Source of the DNA: Candidatus Methanophagaceae archaeon
GTDB lineage: Archaea; Halobacteriota; Syntropharchaeia; Alkanophagales; Methanospirareceae
DNA: 35,468 bases
Assembly (NCBI GenBank): GCA_013374505.1
Contig: QENJ01000220.1
Coordinates: 1 to 35,468 of the forward strand
Direction of reading: 5' to 3'
Made by a program: the position numbers and the translations under genes
Part shown: piece by piece, positions 1-10,571 of the stretch
Layout of the letters: each line of letters opens with the position of its first letter
Position numbering within the stretch: position 1 is the stretch's first letter
The notes under the pieces: model-generated
Database searches by the model: none
The model's input: the letters and a program-made list of their open reading frames with translations, nothing else
Told to the model about the DNA's origin: nothing

Positions 1-1119
1 TTTCAAGCTGAAGACAATAAAAACGTATCTCTCGTAGGGTCCACAGAAGTCCCGATACCTGCGCTAAACGCAGGGCGCGAGAAGAAAGTAACAATCACCG
101 TTCAAGTAGACGAAGGTATCCCGAATGGGGTTTATGCCATACCTGTCAAATATTCATGGAATGAATATTATTTTCATCCAGAACGTGGTTATTTTATAAC
201 CATACCGAATAATTTCTTTTATCATCCGGATGTGGGTGGGTTTCATGGTAACCCCGTGACCTCGGACATCGCTTTCACAGTAAGAGGCAGTCCAATACTA
301 ACTCTTGTTGATGTACATACAGAGCCTGAGTACATAAGACCTGGGTCTAAGGGTGTTAAGATAGCTATGACAATAACAAATACCGGCGAAGCGACAGCAA
401 AAGAAGTCGAGGCGAAATTGGCTTGCAATGATGGTATGACACCTTCCAAGTCGGGTGCTACTCATGTATACGTAGGAGGAATTAACGCGGGCTATGGAAT
501 CTCAGCACCGTTTTATGTTAATATTGCAGCAGATGTGGCAGCAGGGGTTTATAACCTTCCATTGGTGATCACGTATAAAGATACGGGGAACCGGGAATAC
601 GTATTGAACAAGAGTATGGAATTAGTGGTGGAAGGCAAGCCGGAGCTTGATATTTATTCGTATTATACCGATCCCACGAACCTAAGCGCGGGCGACTCTG
701 CTGTGCTGCACGTAAGTGTACGGAACGTAGGATCAGAGCAAGCAGAATCGGTTAGCGTTCGTGTAACGGAAGCCGCCGATACACCTTTCAATTTCAGTAC
801 GAAAAGCGATTATGTGGGTAATTTGAAGGTAAATGCCGCTGGCAATGCAGTAATGAAGTTCACTGTAGATGCAAACGCAACGAATAATGTGTATCCACAG
901 GGTTTAGACCTAATATGCCGGGGGGACCCTGGCTCTGGTAATTACACCTTCAACGACAAAATCCAGTTGGAGGTGTTTTCGGTTATGTCGAATACGTCAA
1001 ACCTGTCGGTTACACCAGAAGCGCCTTCTCCTACAGCCCTTGGATTTGATGCTTCACTCACCTTCATTGCTCTCTTCGTAATTTCGGTATTTCTATTGTG
1101 CCGAAAAAGGGGGAAGTAG
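1..1119 (+). CDS. COG1361-like S-layer/cell-surface protein with Ig-like (CARDB-type) domains and a PGF-CTERM-like anchor; 5'-truncated by the window edge
   Basis: Frame 1 is open from base 1 (FQAEDNKNVSLVGSTEV...) through the tracked 232..1119 ORF. It has repeated 'ITNTGEATAKEV' / 'VRNVGSEQAESV' beta-sandwich motifs and a C-terminal S/T/P linker + LGF + TM helix + RKRGK. Confidence 0.75.
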   Translation, partial: FQAEDNKNVSLVGSTEVPIPALNAGREKKVTITVQVDEGIPNGVYAIPVKYSWNEYYFHPERGYFITIPNNFFYHPDVGGFHGNPVTSDIAFTVRGSPILTLVDVHTEPEYIRPGSKGVKIAMTITNTGEATAKEVEAKLACNDGMTPSKSGATHVYVGGINAGYGISAPFYVNIAADVAAGVYNLPLVITYKDTGNREYVLNKSMELVVEGKPELDIYSYYTDPTNLSAGDSAVLHVSVRNVGSEQAESVSVRVTEAADTPFNFSTKSDYVGNLKVNAAGNAVMKFTVDANATNNVYPQGLDLICRGDPGSGNYTFNDKIQLEVFSVMSNTSNLSVTPEAPSPTALGFDASLTFIALFVISVFLLCRKRGK

Positions 1120-1149
1120 AAGGGGATTTACAGATGATCACACAGACTT

Positions 1150-1854
1150 TTACACAAACTTTCCCGCAAAGAATGTTTGTGACAATCCCGTGATAAAGAA
1201 CATGGTGCCCAGGACGACCATAAAAATAGCAATTACGACCATCGCGAGCTCATATCTCCTACCGACAAAAAGCTTTCTCCCTCGTGAAAAAGAATAAGAT
1301 ACGAAGGAATACCAGACGAAATCCGAAAGGAAATGCCCTATTGTAACTAAGAGTATTCCAGTCAGGGCAAGCCACTCAAATCCCGTTAATAAAATTGGGT
1401 ATCCTATTGCTATCCACCAGGGTATAAAAGAAGGATTAAAAGCAGTGAGTAAGAAACCACCAAAAATCGAACTGTTATACTTATTATACTTCACGCCACT
1501 CATTTCAGTGCCTATCATTTCACCTTTTGAAGTCCGTGATTCCACTGCTTTTGCCTCTTTAACAATGCACGCGGACATCAGTATGAGCGCAATCCCGCCT
1601 ATTAGATATATCCCGGATTCGATTTGACTGAAATAGTTTTTCAATTCAAGCCCTAAAAGTACAAGTGCTGATATTAGCAAACATTCAACGGAAACGTGCC
1701 CTATCATAGTAAGTGGTCCGGCTAATGGCCCTTTCTTCAATGTATCGGAGATCACAAAAGCAAAAAGTGGTCCGGGTATCAAAGCTCCGCTCAAACCGGT
1801 TAGAAACCCCAGTCCTACCAGGAATGCACCGCTGACGAATGATGAAGGGTCCAT
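1150..1854 (-). CDS. LysE family translocator (amino-acid exporter-like)
   Basis: Hydrophobic multi-TM protein with N-terminal 'LSGALIPGPL' and 'NPSFIPWW' motifs typical of LysE/RhtB. Confidence 0.85.
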   Translation of the reverse strand: MDPSSFVSGAFLVGLGFLTGLSGALIPGPLFAFVISDTLKKGPLAGPLTMIGHVSVECLLISALVLLGLELKNYFSQIESGIYLIGGIALILMSACIVKEAKAVESRTSKGEMIGTEMSGVKYNKYNSSIFGGFLLTAFNPSFIPWWIAIGYPILLTGFEWLALTGILLVTIGHFLSDFVWYSFVSYSFSRGRKLFVGRRYELAMVVIAIFMVVLGTMFFITGLSQTFFAGKFV

Positions 1855-1955
1855 CTATTTTAAACCAAAGCTCCTCACTTAATAACTGTGAAGCTTATAT
1901 CTATTCATCCGTATATTCATTAATAATAAGATGGAAAAAGGGCTTAACCTGACGG

Positions 1956-2027
1956 GGGCTCGTAGCTCAGTGGAAGAGTGCCTCCTTCGCGAGGAGGAAG
2001 CCACGGGTTCAAATCCCGTCGAGTCCA
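1956..2027 (+). tRNA. tRNA-Ala (anticodon CGC), no intron, CCA not encoded
   Basis: Acceptor stem GGGCTCG/CGAGTCC with the G3:U70 Ala identity pair and discriminator A. Anticodon arm CCTCC-TTCGCGA-GGAGG (CGC at 1988-1990). T-loop GGTTCAAATCC. Confidence 0.97.
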
Positions 2028-2053
2028 TAATATACGTATAAAAGGTGATGTAA

Positions 2054-2839
2054 ATGCAAATGATGCCACAGATGGGATATGATAGAGCGATAACGGTGTT
2101 CAGTCCGGATGGAAGGTTATTTCAGGTAGAATACGCACGTGAAGCAGTGAAGAGAGGAACCACGGCCATTGGAATAAAGGCAAAGGATGGTGTTGTGTTA
2201 TTAGTGGACAAAAGATTAACGTCTCGGCTGTTAGAAGGCGGTTCGGTAGAAAAGATATTTCGGATTGATGACCATATAGGAGCAGCAACTTCGGGTTTGG
2301 TCGCGGACGCAAGGGTACTCATAGATAAAGGCCGGGTAGAAGCGCAAGTAAACAAGATCATCTATGACGAGGAGATAGACGTGCAAACTCTGGCGAAAAA
2401 GATATGTGATTTTAAGCAGGCATATACACAAATTGGTGGACTCCGACCTTTTGGCACGGCGTTGTTGATAGGTGGCGTCTATAACGGGGGCAATTATCTC
2501 CTTGAGACGGACCCAAGTGGGGCTTTGCTTGAATATAAAGCGACTGCGATCGGTTCCGGACGGACAATCGTGACAGAGATGTTTGAGGAGATGTATGAAG
2601 AGGACATCACGCTCGAAGAAGCACTCTTGCTCGGTTTGGAAGCTTTGTATAGGGTAACAGAGGGTAATATAGATGTATCAACGGTGGATGCAGGCCTCGC
2701 GGAGTCAGAGAAGAAACAATTCCGGATTTTGAGTGCAGACGAGTTAGAGCCGTATATACTTAAAGTGAAGAAGAGGAATGAGAAGGTAGTTAAGGAAAAG
2801 AGTAAAGAAGATAAAGAAGAAGAAGAGAAGGAGAACTAA
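2054..2839 (+). CDS. psmA: 20S proteasome alpha subunit
   Basis: N-terminal '[21 protein letters not shown]' signature and 'RPFG' motif; GGTGA RBS upstream. Confidence 0.98.
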   Translation: MQMMPQMGYDRAITVFSPDGRLFQVEYAREAVKRGTTAIGIKAKDGVVLLVDKRLTSRLLEGGSVEKIFRIDDHIGAATSGLVADARVLIDKGRVEAQVNKIIYDEEIDVQTLAKKICDFKQAYTQIGGLRPFGTALLIGGVYNGGNYLLETDPSGALLEYKATAIGSGRTIVTEMFEEMYEEDITLEEALLLGLEALYRVTEGNIDVSTVDAGLAESEKKQFRILSADELEPYILKVKKRNEKVVKEKSKEDKEEEEKEN

Positions 2840-2845
2840 GGGCTA

Positions 2846-3538
2846 ATGGTCAGTTTGGACAAGGCGGTGATAGCGAGGTATAAGCACGGTAAGAAGATTT
2901 TTGAAGTACTTGTAGATCCGGAAAAGGTAGATGCCGTCAAAACGGGTGACGGTGTAGATATGGCCGATGTATTGGCTGCCGAAGAGATATTTGAAGATGT
3001 CTCAAAAGGTGATAAAGCAACAGAAGGCGATTTGATGACTGTATTTTCTACCACCGATGTAGAGGAAATAGCGAGTAGGATAATAAAAGAGGGCGAGGTG
3101 CAACTGACCACCGAGCAAAGACGGAAAAGAGTGGAGGAGAAGAGGAAAATGGTGATAAATCAAATCGCACAAATCGCCATAAATCCTAAGACTGATACTC
3201 CACACCCACCCGCAAGAATAGAGATAGCGATGAAAGAGGCTAAGGTGCATATTGATCCTTTCAAGACGGTAGATGTGCTGGTAAGCGAGACGGTGAAGGC
3301 TATACGGCCAATAATACCCATAAAAATAGAGGAGACACAGATAGCAATAAAGATACCGGCTGCGTATACGGGACATGTATACGATCTAAAGAAGAAGTAC
3401 AAGGTGACGAAAGAGGACTGGCAGGGAGATGGGTCCTACATAGCGTTGTTAGAATTCCCTGCGGGTATGAGAGAGGACGTGTTCTCGTTTTTGAACATGA
3501 TGACGAAAGGTGAAGTTGAGACGAGGATTGTGAAGTAA
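2846..3538 (+). CDS. Ribosome assembly factor SBDS/Sdo1
   Basis: 'AVIARYKHGKKIFEVLVDP', 'GEVQLTTEQRR' and 'INPKTDTPHPPARIE' motifs; conserved position after psmA. Confidence 0.96.
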   Translation: MVSLDKAVIARYKHGKKIFEVLVDPEKVDAVKTGDGVDMADVLAAEEIFEDVSKGDKATEGDLMTVFSTTDVEEIASRIIKEGEVQLTTEQRRKRVEEKRKMVINQIAQIAINPKTDTPHPPARIEIAMKEAKVHIDPFKTVDVLVSETVKAIRPIIPIKIEETQIAIKIPAAYTGHVYDLKKKYKVTKEDWQGDGSYIALLEFPAGMREDVFSFLNMMTKGEVETRIVK

Positions 3539-3542
3539 GATA

Positions 3543-4214
3543 ATGTATAAAATAGTAATCCCTGGTGATCTTGTTTCTGATGATGCAAAACGAGCAGGAG
3601 AAGGAACGTACGTTGAAGACGGTAAAGTCTATGCTACGACCTATGGTGTAGTAGATGATAAGGGCGAGATAAGGGTAGTGGCGTTTAGCGGGAAGTATCT
3701 ACCGACAAGGGGCGATGTGGTGATAGGCAAGGTAGTTGAGATTTCGTTCCCATACTGGATCGTGGACATTGCCTCGCCTTACGAAGCGCGAATACACATG
3801 TCGGAAATTTCGACACGGGGTGGAAAGAGAATTGAGTTTGGGGACATGAATGCGATTCTAGATTTGGATGATTTAGTCGCGGTGAAAGTATTAAACGTGG
3901 ATGCGCTGATGAGAATAGACTTGGGCTTGAAGGAAGATTTACATATAGGGCGGGGTAACGGGCGGTTAATAGAGGTACCACCCACTAAAGTGCCCCGTAT
4001 TATAGGACGGAAAGGTTCGATGATAAGGATGTTAAAAGACAAATGTAACTGTTTTATCTTTGTCGCAAAGAACGGTCGCATTTGGATAAAGGGAAAGACA
4101 AAGGATATAAAGCTCGCATCTGAAGTGATATTAATGATTACAAAGGAAGCGCATACATCCGGTTTAACGGACCGCGTGGCAGAATTCTTGAATTCCGTCA
4201 AGACAGAGAGGTAA
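3543..4214 (+). CDS. rrp4: Exosome RNA-binding cap protein Rrp4 (S1+KH)
   Basis: 'IVIPGD', 'YLPTRGDVVIG' and KH motif 'VPRIIGRKGSMI'; synteny. Confidence 0.95.
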   Translation: MYKIVIPGDLVSDDAKRAGEGTYVEDGKVYATTYGVVDDKGEIRVVAFSGKYLPTRGDVVIGKVVEISFPYWIVDIASPYEARIHMSEISTRGGKRIEFGDMNAILDLDDLVAVKVLNVDALMRIDLGLKEDLHIGRGNGRLIEVPPTKVPRIIGRKGSMIRMLKDKCNCFIFVAKNGRIWIKGKTKDIKLASEVILMITKEAHTSGLTDRVAEFLNSVKTER

Positions 4215-4238
4215 AAGGGAGATAGGATAAAGAGTAAA

Positions 4239-4988
4239 ATGAAAAAAGAAGGAGAGATCGAGTTCATAAAAGACGGAAAGAGAGTAGATGGTAGAAGGTT
4301 TGATGAACTCAGGAATATAAAGATAGAGGTAGGGGTCCTAAAGAGGGCAGATGGGTCTTGTTATTTCGAGTTAGGTGATAACAAGGTACTAGCTGCTGTA
4401 TATGGGCCAAGAGAGATGCACCCAAGACACGCTCAGGATGCAAAGATGGCTGTGGTCAAATTCCGGTACAACATGGCACCTTTTTCGGTTGATGACCGGA
4501 AGAGACCGGGACCTGATAGAAGAAGCGTGGAGATTTCAAAAGTAAGTAGAGAAGCATTAGATCCCGTTATTCTAAGGGAATATTATCCGAAGGCTGCGAT
4601 AGAAGTTTATGTAGAGATACTTCAGTCGGATGCCGGCACGAGAACAGCGGGGATAAATGCTGCTTCCGTTGCCCTAGCCGATGCGGGGGTACCAATGAGA
4701 GACCTGGTTTCTTCTGTTGCTGTGGGCAAAGTAGGCGGAGAAATAGTCCTAGATTTGAACGCGGTGGAGGATAATTATGGTGAAGCAGACATGCCGATTG
4801 CGATGATCGCAAGGAGAAATACGATCACCGCGCTGCAAATGGATGGGAATCTGACAAAAGACGAGTTTGAAAAAGGACTGAAGCTTGCAATGAAAGCTTG
4901 TCAGCAGATATATGAATTGCAACGCGCGGCGTTAATAGGGCGCTACAATAAGGACGAGAGTGCGAAGTCTAAGGATAGAGGTACGTAG
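4239..4988 (+). CDS. rrp41: Exosome exonuclease Rrp41 (RNase PH domain)
   Basis: '[11 protein letters not shown]', '[24 protein letters not shown]', 'DAGTRTAG', 'DNYGEADMP'. Confidence 0.97.
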   Translation: MKKEGEIEFIKDGKRVDGRRFDELRNIKIEVGVLKRADGSCYFELGDNKVLAAVYGPREMHPRHAQDAKMAVVKFRYNMAPFSVDDRKRPGPDRRSVEISKVSREALDPVILREYYPKAAIEVYVEILQSDAGTRTAGINAASVALADAGVPMRDLVSSVAVGKVGGEIVLDLNAVEDNYGEADMPIAMIARRNTITALQMDGNLTKDEFEKGLKLAMKACQQIYELQRAALIGRYNKDESAKSKDRGT

Positions 4989-5006
4989 GAACAAGGAGAA
5001 ATAGAG

Positions 5007-5792
5007 ATGGGACTTGAAATTATGGATGATGTAAGGAAAGATTTTGTTCGTAACATGCTAAGCGAGGGTGATAGAGAAGATGGTAGAGGTTTCCGCGAAT
5101 ACCGGGAAATAAGTCTAAAACGGGATATAATAAATAAGGCGGAAGGTTCAGCATGTGTGAAACTAGGGGATACAGAGGTTTTAGTAGGCGCGAAACTCGA
5201 AGTTGGCTCTCCTTTCCCAGATTCTCCGACAGAAGGCGTATTAATAACGAATGCAGAGCTTGTTCCGTTGGCGTCTCCCGAGTTTGAGTCGGGGCCACCA
5301 AATGAAAAAAGTATACAATTAGCGCGAGTAGTGGACCGAGGAATCCGTGGTGCAGGGGTTATAGACTTGGAAAAATTGTGCATAGAAGAGGGGGAGAAGG
5401 TGTGGATACTATTTTTAGATATACATGTATTGGACAACAATGGTAATCTGATAGATGCGGCTGCATTAGGCGCTATTGCTGCGCTTCAGAATATCCGTGT
5501 ACCGAATGAAAGATATGGCTTAACAGGTGATGAAACACTCCAAGTGCATGATACTCCCGTGGATGTAACGATGGTAGAAATAGACGGGACTATAGTGGTA
5601 GACCCGACTTGTAATGAAGAAAACGCTGCTACAAACAGGTTGACAGTAATTTCCAATGCTGATGGTTCTTTGTCAGGGCTACAAAAGACAGGGAGTAACG
5701 GGATGAAGGAAGAAACGATAGTGGAGATGGTGGAGCTAGGAATAGAAAAGGCGGGGGAGATAAGAGAAAAGTTCCTTAAGGTACCTTCCTAA
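5007..5792 (+). CDS. rrp42: Exosome complex protein Rrp42
   Basis: 'REDGRGFREYR', 'PLASPEFESGPP', 'LARVVDRGIR'; follows rrp41. Confidence 0.96.
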   Translation: MGLEIMDDVRKDFVRNMLSEGDREDGRGFREYREISLKRDIINKAEGSACVKLGDTEVLVGAKLEVGSPFPDSPTEGVLITNAELVPLASPEFESGPPNEKSIQLARVVDRGIRGAGVIDLEKLCIEEGEKVWILFLDIHVLDNNGNLIDAAALGAIAALQNIRVPNERYGLTGDETLQVHDTPVDVTMVEIDGTIVVDPTCNEENAATNRLTVISNADGSLSGLQKTGSNGMKEETIVEMVELGIEKAGEIREKFLKVPS

Positions 5793-5868
5793 GACTTTCC
5801 TGAGATGAAAATACCGAAAGTTTAATTAATCGGGAACTATATTATTAGTAATAGGGTGATAGTAGCGG

Positions 5869-6378
5869 ATGTTAGAGCCAGATAATTTCGTGGTGAGGGA
5901 ATATTTCAGGAAGAGAATAGGGGATGAAGGATTGAAGATAATGATGACCGTCCCCGAGGGTGAGATAACGGATGAGGAGATCGCAAAGCTGAGCGATACG
6001 AAACTCACAGCGGTAAGGAAAACGTTATATAGGTTATACGAGAATCGGATAGCGGAGTACAGGACTGAGCGAGATGATAACAGTGGCTGGATTACCTATC
6101 TGTGGCGGTTTAATTACACTAACGTGAAGAAGATAATGGAAGATGAAGCGGATGGTAAACTAGCGGAGCTAAACGGGCAGCTTGAAGAGGAACAGAAAGG
6201 TGTGTTTTATCAGTGTGGGTGCCAACGTGTTTTATTTGAAGAGGCAGCGGCTGATAACTTCTTGTGTGCCGAATGTGGCGCGAATTTTGAGTATGTTGCT
6301 AATGATGATTTAATAAATTCGTTAGAGGGGCAGATAGCGAAGCTAGAGAAGTGGAAAGAGAAGATAAAGAACGAATAA
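5869..6378 (+). CDS. tfe: Transcription factor E (TFE alpha)
   Basis: Winged helix 'TDEEIA...VRKTLYRLYE...SGWITYLW' plus Zn ribbon (CGC...CAECG). Confidence 0.93.
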   Translation: MLEPDNFVVREYFRKRIGDEGLKIMMTVPEGEITDEEIAKLSDTKLTAVRKTLYRLYENRIAEYRTERDDNSGWITYLWRFNYTNVKKIMEDEADGKLAELNGQLEEEQKGVFYQCGCQRVLFEEAAADNFLCAECGANFEYVANDDLINSLEGQIAKLEKWKEKIKNE

Positions 6379-6887
6379 ACAAAGAGTGCACAATGTTGAT
6401 GAGAGGTGCGGGATGTAAAGCCTCGGTAATTAAACATTGTGTGGCGGTTGCAGAACTTGCGCTGGAACTCGCTGTTAATCGAAATCGTATTGAGGATTCT
6501 GATAAAGTAGATGAGCAACTGGTTTATACGGGTGCGTTGCTACATGATTTAGGTAGAGCTCGCACACATGGTGTGGATCACGGCGTTGTGGGTGGCGAAA
6601 TGGCAAAAGAGTTAGGGCTACCGGAAAATGTGGTGAGGATATTAGAAAGGCATGTAGGTGCGGGGATAACGGCGGATGAAGCGAAGACACTGGGGCTACC
6701 CGCGAAGGATTTCATGCCAGAGACGATGGAAGAGAAGATAGTAGCAGATGCCGATAACTTGATTAGTAGAGCGAGAAGAACGAGTATAGAAGAAGCAATA
6801 GCGGACTTGAAGAGGAAGTTAGGAACAACGCACCCAACAATAACCCGGGCAATGGCGCTACATGAGGAAGTGATGGGCAACGAGTAA
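6351..6887 (+). CDS. HD-domain (HDIG-type, TIGR00295-like) phosphohydrolase
   Basis: 'VIKHC', 'GALLHDLGR', 'ERHVGAG', 'EEKIVADADNL'. Commonly adjacent to tfe. Start uncertain (GTG overlapping tfe, or a later ATG). Confidence 0.85.
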   Translation: MEREDKERINKECTMLMRGAGCKASVIKHCVAVAELALELAVNRNRIEDSDKVDEQLVYTGALLHDLGRARTHGVDHGVVGGEMAKELGLPENVVRILERHVGAGITADEAKTLGLPAKDFMPETMEEKIVADADNLISRARRTSIEEAIADLKRKLGTTHPTITRAMALHEEVMGNE

Positions 6888-6953
6888 CACCGAATTCAAA
6901 ACAACCCTTTCTCTTAGGATTTTGATATTGTTTAGGATTTGGTGCTTCAATCT

Positions 6954-7307
6954 TTATCGGTTCAATGCACTTTCTCTTAGCTTATCTTTCAACTCTAACT
7001 TGGTTATCCTCACATTAGATGGATGTATGGGTCATGGCACCTCGGATAAGTCAGACCTCGCAACGACAACTCCTTCCACTGTTATCTTCCCCCGCTTCAG
7101 GTCTATGGTTCTTACTTTTCCTGTCGTTCCTTTATCGTCCCCTCTCATTACCTTTACTGTATCCCCTTTTCGCAGCGGGAAGCCCCTCTTCTCATATTTA
7201 CCCTGCAGTTCGTCAGAAAGCAGTGCACCCATGAACTTGTGTCGCACGTGCAAAGGTGCGTTATACCTTGCTTTTCTCTGTTTCCGTGGCTGTTTAGATT
7301 TTTCCAT
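6954..7307 (-). pseudogene. rpl24p: 50S ribosomal protein L24p (uL24) with an in-frame TGA at 7032-7034
   Basis: '[17 protein letters not shown]...[10 protein letters not shown]' is followed by EVP*PIHPSNVRITKLELKDKLRESALNR-TAA in the same frame. The post-stop segment is the conserved uL24 C-terminus. GAGGTGA RBS upstream. Confidence 0.88.
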
Positions 7308-7410
7308 TCTCTTTCATCACCTCAAACCTGTTCGGTTATTTTATTTCACTAATGTTGTTTATTAACCTTTTCAGATATAAAATAAACGTGGCTGAGTTTA
7401 TGAATTTGTT

Positions 7411-8667
7411 ATGCTCGAATATGATGTCGTGGTGGTGGGTGCAGGACCTTCGGGCTGCATGGCCGCGAAATATGTATCGAAAGCGGGAGCTTCTACGTTA
7501 ATTGTGGAGAAGAGTGCAGAACTAGGTGAACCCATACAATGTGCGGGGCTTATAAGTAAAAGAGCGCTAGAAGAGAGCGAACTGAAAGATGTAAAACCAT
7601 TCATAAACAACGAGATAAAAGGTGCTATTGTTCGTTCGCATTCCTATGAATTGAGGATAGAAGTACCATCGCCGGAGAAGAGTGCATTTGCCATAAGGCG
7701 AAACGTGTTTGACAAGGCATTGGCAAAAGCGGCGCAGGAAGAAGGTGCGGACATAATTCTTGGGGGCAAGTTAAAGAATATAATAAAGGGATGCGGAGGG
7801 GAAAAGCAAACATTATTAGTAGATACTGTGGATGGCAAAGAGGAACTAAAAGCAACCGTGGTCATTGGCGCTGACGGCGTTAGGAGCAGTGTGGCAAAGC
7901 TGGCTGCGATGACAGTCACAAGAAACTACTTGAACTGCGTGCAAGTGGAGGGCGAATATGATGCGGACGAAGCATTTGCAGAGATTTTTGTGGGTAGAAC
8001 AATAGCGCCGGGTTTCTTTGCATGGACTATCCCACTTGTAGCGGAAAAGGTTGCTCGGATCGGTCTGTGTACAGATAAAAGGTGTTCACCGCATTCAAGT
8101 CCAATGCCGTTTTTAAAACGGTTTTTGGCGGAGCATCCAGAAATTAAAGGCACACATTCAGGTTTCATGGGTGGCGCAATCCCCATACCCGCAAGTGCAG
8201 GACTGCAAAGGCGAATGCAAGGTCAGAGTACAGTGAAAATAAATGACGGCAACGGCATTATGCTGGTGGGAGATGTCGCGGCACAGGTTAAGCCGATCAC
8301 GGGCGGGGGCATATTTTATGGCTTGAAATGTGGTAAGATCGCGGGGGCAATAGCGGCAGAAGCGTGTTTGAAGAATGACATGGGTGTGCTGCGCGAGTAT
8401 GAAACTAAGTGGCGGGCGGAGATCGGGGCAGAGATAGCGTTTGGGTTGAAGGTGCATAAATTGCGATGTATACTTAACGATGGAGACTTCGATACGATAT
8501 GCCGGGTACTATCTCAGGAGGATATGTTGCAGCGAATAACGAAACATGGCGATATGGACTATCAAGCATTGGCATTCCGTGAATTTGTAAAAAATCCTGT
8601 ACTTTTCAAATTAACAGCAAGGAATATCATAAAATATTTATATGCTAAGCGAAGATTAGATATTTAA
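7411..8667 (+). CDS. Geranylgeranyl reductase-family FAD oxidoreductase (paralog 1)
   Basis: GAGPSG dinucleotide motif, 'PIQCAG', 'IGADG', 'FFAWTIP', '[17 protein letters not shown]'. Confidence 0.88.
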   Translation: MLEYDVVVVGAGPSGCMAAKYVSKAGASTLIVEKSAELGEPIQCAGLISKRALEESELKDVKPFINNEIKGAIVRSHSYELRIEVPSPEKSAFAIRRNVFDKALAKAAQEEGADIILGGKLKNIIKGCGGEKQTLLVDTVDGKEELKATVVIGADGVRSSVAKLAAMTVTRNYLNCVQVEGEYDADEAFAEIFVGRTIAPGFFAWTIPLVAEKVARIGLCTDKRCSPHSSPMPFLKRFLAEHPEIKGTHSGFMGGAIPIPASAGLQRRMQGQSTVKINDGNGIMLVGDVAAQVKPITGGGIFYGLKCGKIAGAIAAEACLKNDMGVLREYETKWRAEIGAEIAFGLKVHKLRCILNDGDFDTICRVLSQEDMLQRITKHGDMDYQALAFREFVKNPVLFKLTARNIIKYLYAKRRLDI

Positions 8668-8684
8668 GAAAAGGGACGTATAAA

Positions 8685-9149
8685 ATGGCAAGGATGTATG
8701 CAAGGCGGAGAGGTAAGTCTGGGTCTAAGAAGTCGCTTAGTCGCAGGACGGAGGCACCGGAATGGCTGGATTTGTCGGCGGAGGAAGTAGAGACGAAGGT
8801 AGTTACGTTGTATAACCAAGGACTTTCAACAAGCGAGATAGGTATAGAGCTTAGGGATAGCTATGGCATGCCGTGTGTTGCACATGTCACGGGAAAAAAG
8901 ATGACGGGTATTTTAAAGGAACAGAATATTGCACCCGAGATACCAGAAGACCTACAGAATTTGATGCGAAAAGCGCTTCGTGTCAGGAAGCACATAGAGG
9001 TGAATAAGAAAGACGTCCATAATAAAAGAGCACTACAGTTAACGGAATCTAAGATAAGACGGCTTGTAAAGTATTATAGGCGTGAAAAAGTTTTAGCTAT
9101 GGATTGGCGCTACAAGCCAGAAATTGCTGAATTTGTTCTTAGGCGGTGA
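8685..9149 (+). CDS. rps15: 30S ribosomal protein S15 (uS15, S13e-like)
   Basis: '[14 protein letters not shown]', 'IPEDLQNL', '[15 protein letters not shown]'. Confidence 0.97.
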   Translation: MARMYARRRGKSGSKKSLSRRTEAPEWLDLSAEEVETKVVTLYNQGLSTSEIGIELRDSYGMPCVAHVTGKKMTGILKEQNIAPEIPEDLQNLMRKALRVRKHIEVNKKDVHNKRALQLTESKIRRLVKYYRREKVLAMDWRYKPEIAEFVLRR

Positions 9150-9158
9150 TATTGAAAC

Positions 9159-9386
9159 ATGAAAGGATATGGGGAGATATTGGTAGGACTTCTGTTAGTC
9201 GTTTTGGGCGTAGCAGGGATATGGTATTTCCGTGTAGATGTGTTGACTATTATCAAAGGAGTAATCGGCATAATCGTGTTGTTAGTGGGTGCGGTGTTTT
9301 TGATGATTGGCGTGAGTGACGTGAGAGAGAAAGGAGAAGAAGAGTTGACAATGGACACAGAAGACATAAAGGGAGAGGGTGAATAG
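9159..9386 (+). CDS. Small two-TM membrane protein with acidic tail
   Basis: Two hydrophobic helices, tightly packed between rps15 and rps17e; GGTGA upstream. Confidence 0.7.
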   Translation: MKGYGEILVGLLLVVLGVAGIWYFRVDVLTIIKGVIGIIVLLVGAVFLMIGVSDVREKGEEELTMDTEDIKGEGE

Positions 9387-9582
9387 TGTGGGCGCGATTA
9401 AACCGAGATATATAAAGAAATTGGCAAAGCAACTGATACGGGAAGTGGATGAGTTCACTGATGACTTTGACGCAAATAAGAAGATGGTGGAAGAGTACAC
9501 GAATATAAGGAGTAAAGGCGTACGAAACAGAGTAGCAGGATATATAGCACGCAAAAAGAAGGGTAGTAGTGAAGAGGATTGA
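9379..9582 (+). CDS. rps17e: 30S ribosomal protein S17e
   Basis: 'GAIKPRYIK', 'FTDDFDANK', 'SKGVRNRVAGYI'; the start may be the GTG a few codons in. Confidence 0.95.
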   Translation: MNSVGAIKPRYIKKLAKQLIREVDEFTDDFDANKKMVEEYTNIRSKGVRNRVAGYIARKKKGSSEED

Positions 9583-9583
9583 A

Positions 9584-10471
9584 ATGCTGAATATACAGGG
9601 GACGTGTCCTGCACTTATAACGCCTTTTACCAAGGATGACGAAGTAGATGTGGAAGGTTTGAGGCGATTAGTGGATTATACGGTAGAGGGTGGAGTAGCA
9701 GGGATAGTTCCGTGTGGTACGACTGGCGAGTCGGCAACACTTTCTAATGAAGAACATAAGCGTGTGGTAAATGTGGTTGTGGACTGCTCAAAGGTGCCGG
9801 TAATAGCGGGTACGGGCTCGAATAATACCTCGGAGGCAGTAGAGCTCACGAAACATGCGGAAGATGCAGGAGTTGACGGTTGCCTCTTGATTACGCCTTA
9901 TTACAATAAACCGAACGTGAGTGGGCTGAAGGCGCATTTCAGGCGGATTGGTGAATCGGTGGAGTTGCCGCTGATTTTGTATAATATCGCTTCGCGGACG
10001 GGTTTGAATATGACTGCGGATACGATGGTAGAGCTTGCGGCTGAGGTCACAAATATAAAAGGTGTGAAAGAAGCTTCGGGCGATTTGAAACAGGTGGGCG
10101 CGGTTATAAAATTGGCTAAGGAACGTGATTTGGAGTTCACGGTGATCGCAGGTGATGATTTTCTTACGCTGCCTATAATGAGCTTGGGTGGAACGGGTGT
10201 GATTTCGGTGGCTGCGAATATTGTACCGAAGCCGATGAGTGATATGGTGGCTGCGATGTCGAAAGGCGAAGTTGAGAAGGCGCTGGAGATACATCTGCGG
10301 TTGTTTCCGCTGTTTGAGGCGATGTTTCTGGAGACGAATCCGATACCTGTGAAGAAAGCAGCGGAGATTATGGGGCTGGCGTCTGGAGATGTCCGGCTGC
10401 CGTTGGGTGCTTTGAGTGCTGCTAACGAAGAGAAGTTGAGGCGGGTACTGGAAGGGCAGGGGCTGGTGTAG
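9584..10471 (+). CDS. dapA: 4-hydroxy-tetrahydrodipicolinate synthase
   Basis: 'ALITPF', 'GTTGESATL', 'PYYNKP', catalytic 'GVKEAS', 'ETNPIPVK'. ATG at 9584 is preferred over the tracked 9569. Confidence 0.96.
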   Translation: MLNIQGTCPALITPFTKDDEVDVEGLRRLVDYTVEGGVAGIVPCGTTGESATLSNEEHKRVVNVVVDCSKVPVIAGTGSNNTSEAVELTKHAEDAGVDGCLLITPYYNKPNVSGLKAHFRRIGESVELPLILYNIASRTGLNMTADTMVELAAEVTNIKGVKEASGDLKQVGAVIKLAKERDLEFTVIAGDDFLTLPIMSLGGTGVISVAANIVPKPMSDMVAAMSKGEVEKALEIHLRLFPLFEAMFLETNPIPVKKAAEIMGLASGDVRLPLGALSAANEEKLRRVLEGQGLV

Positions 10472-10571
10472 TAAGGTAAATTAAATGTTTGTTTGAGAGA
10501 TTTAATATAAGATTAAAAGTCCGTTGATATGTAAGGTGTGGGCAGGGATGAGAAAGAACTTTCAAAAGGGG

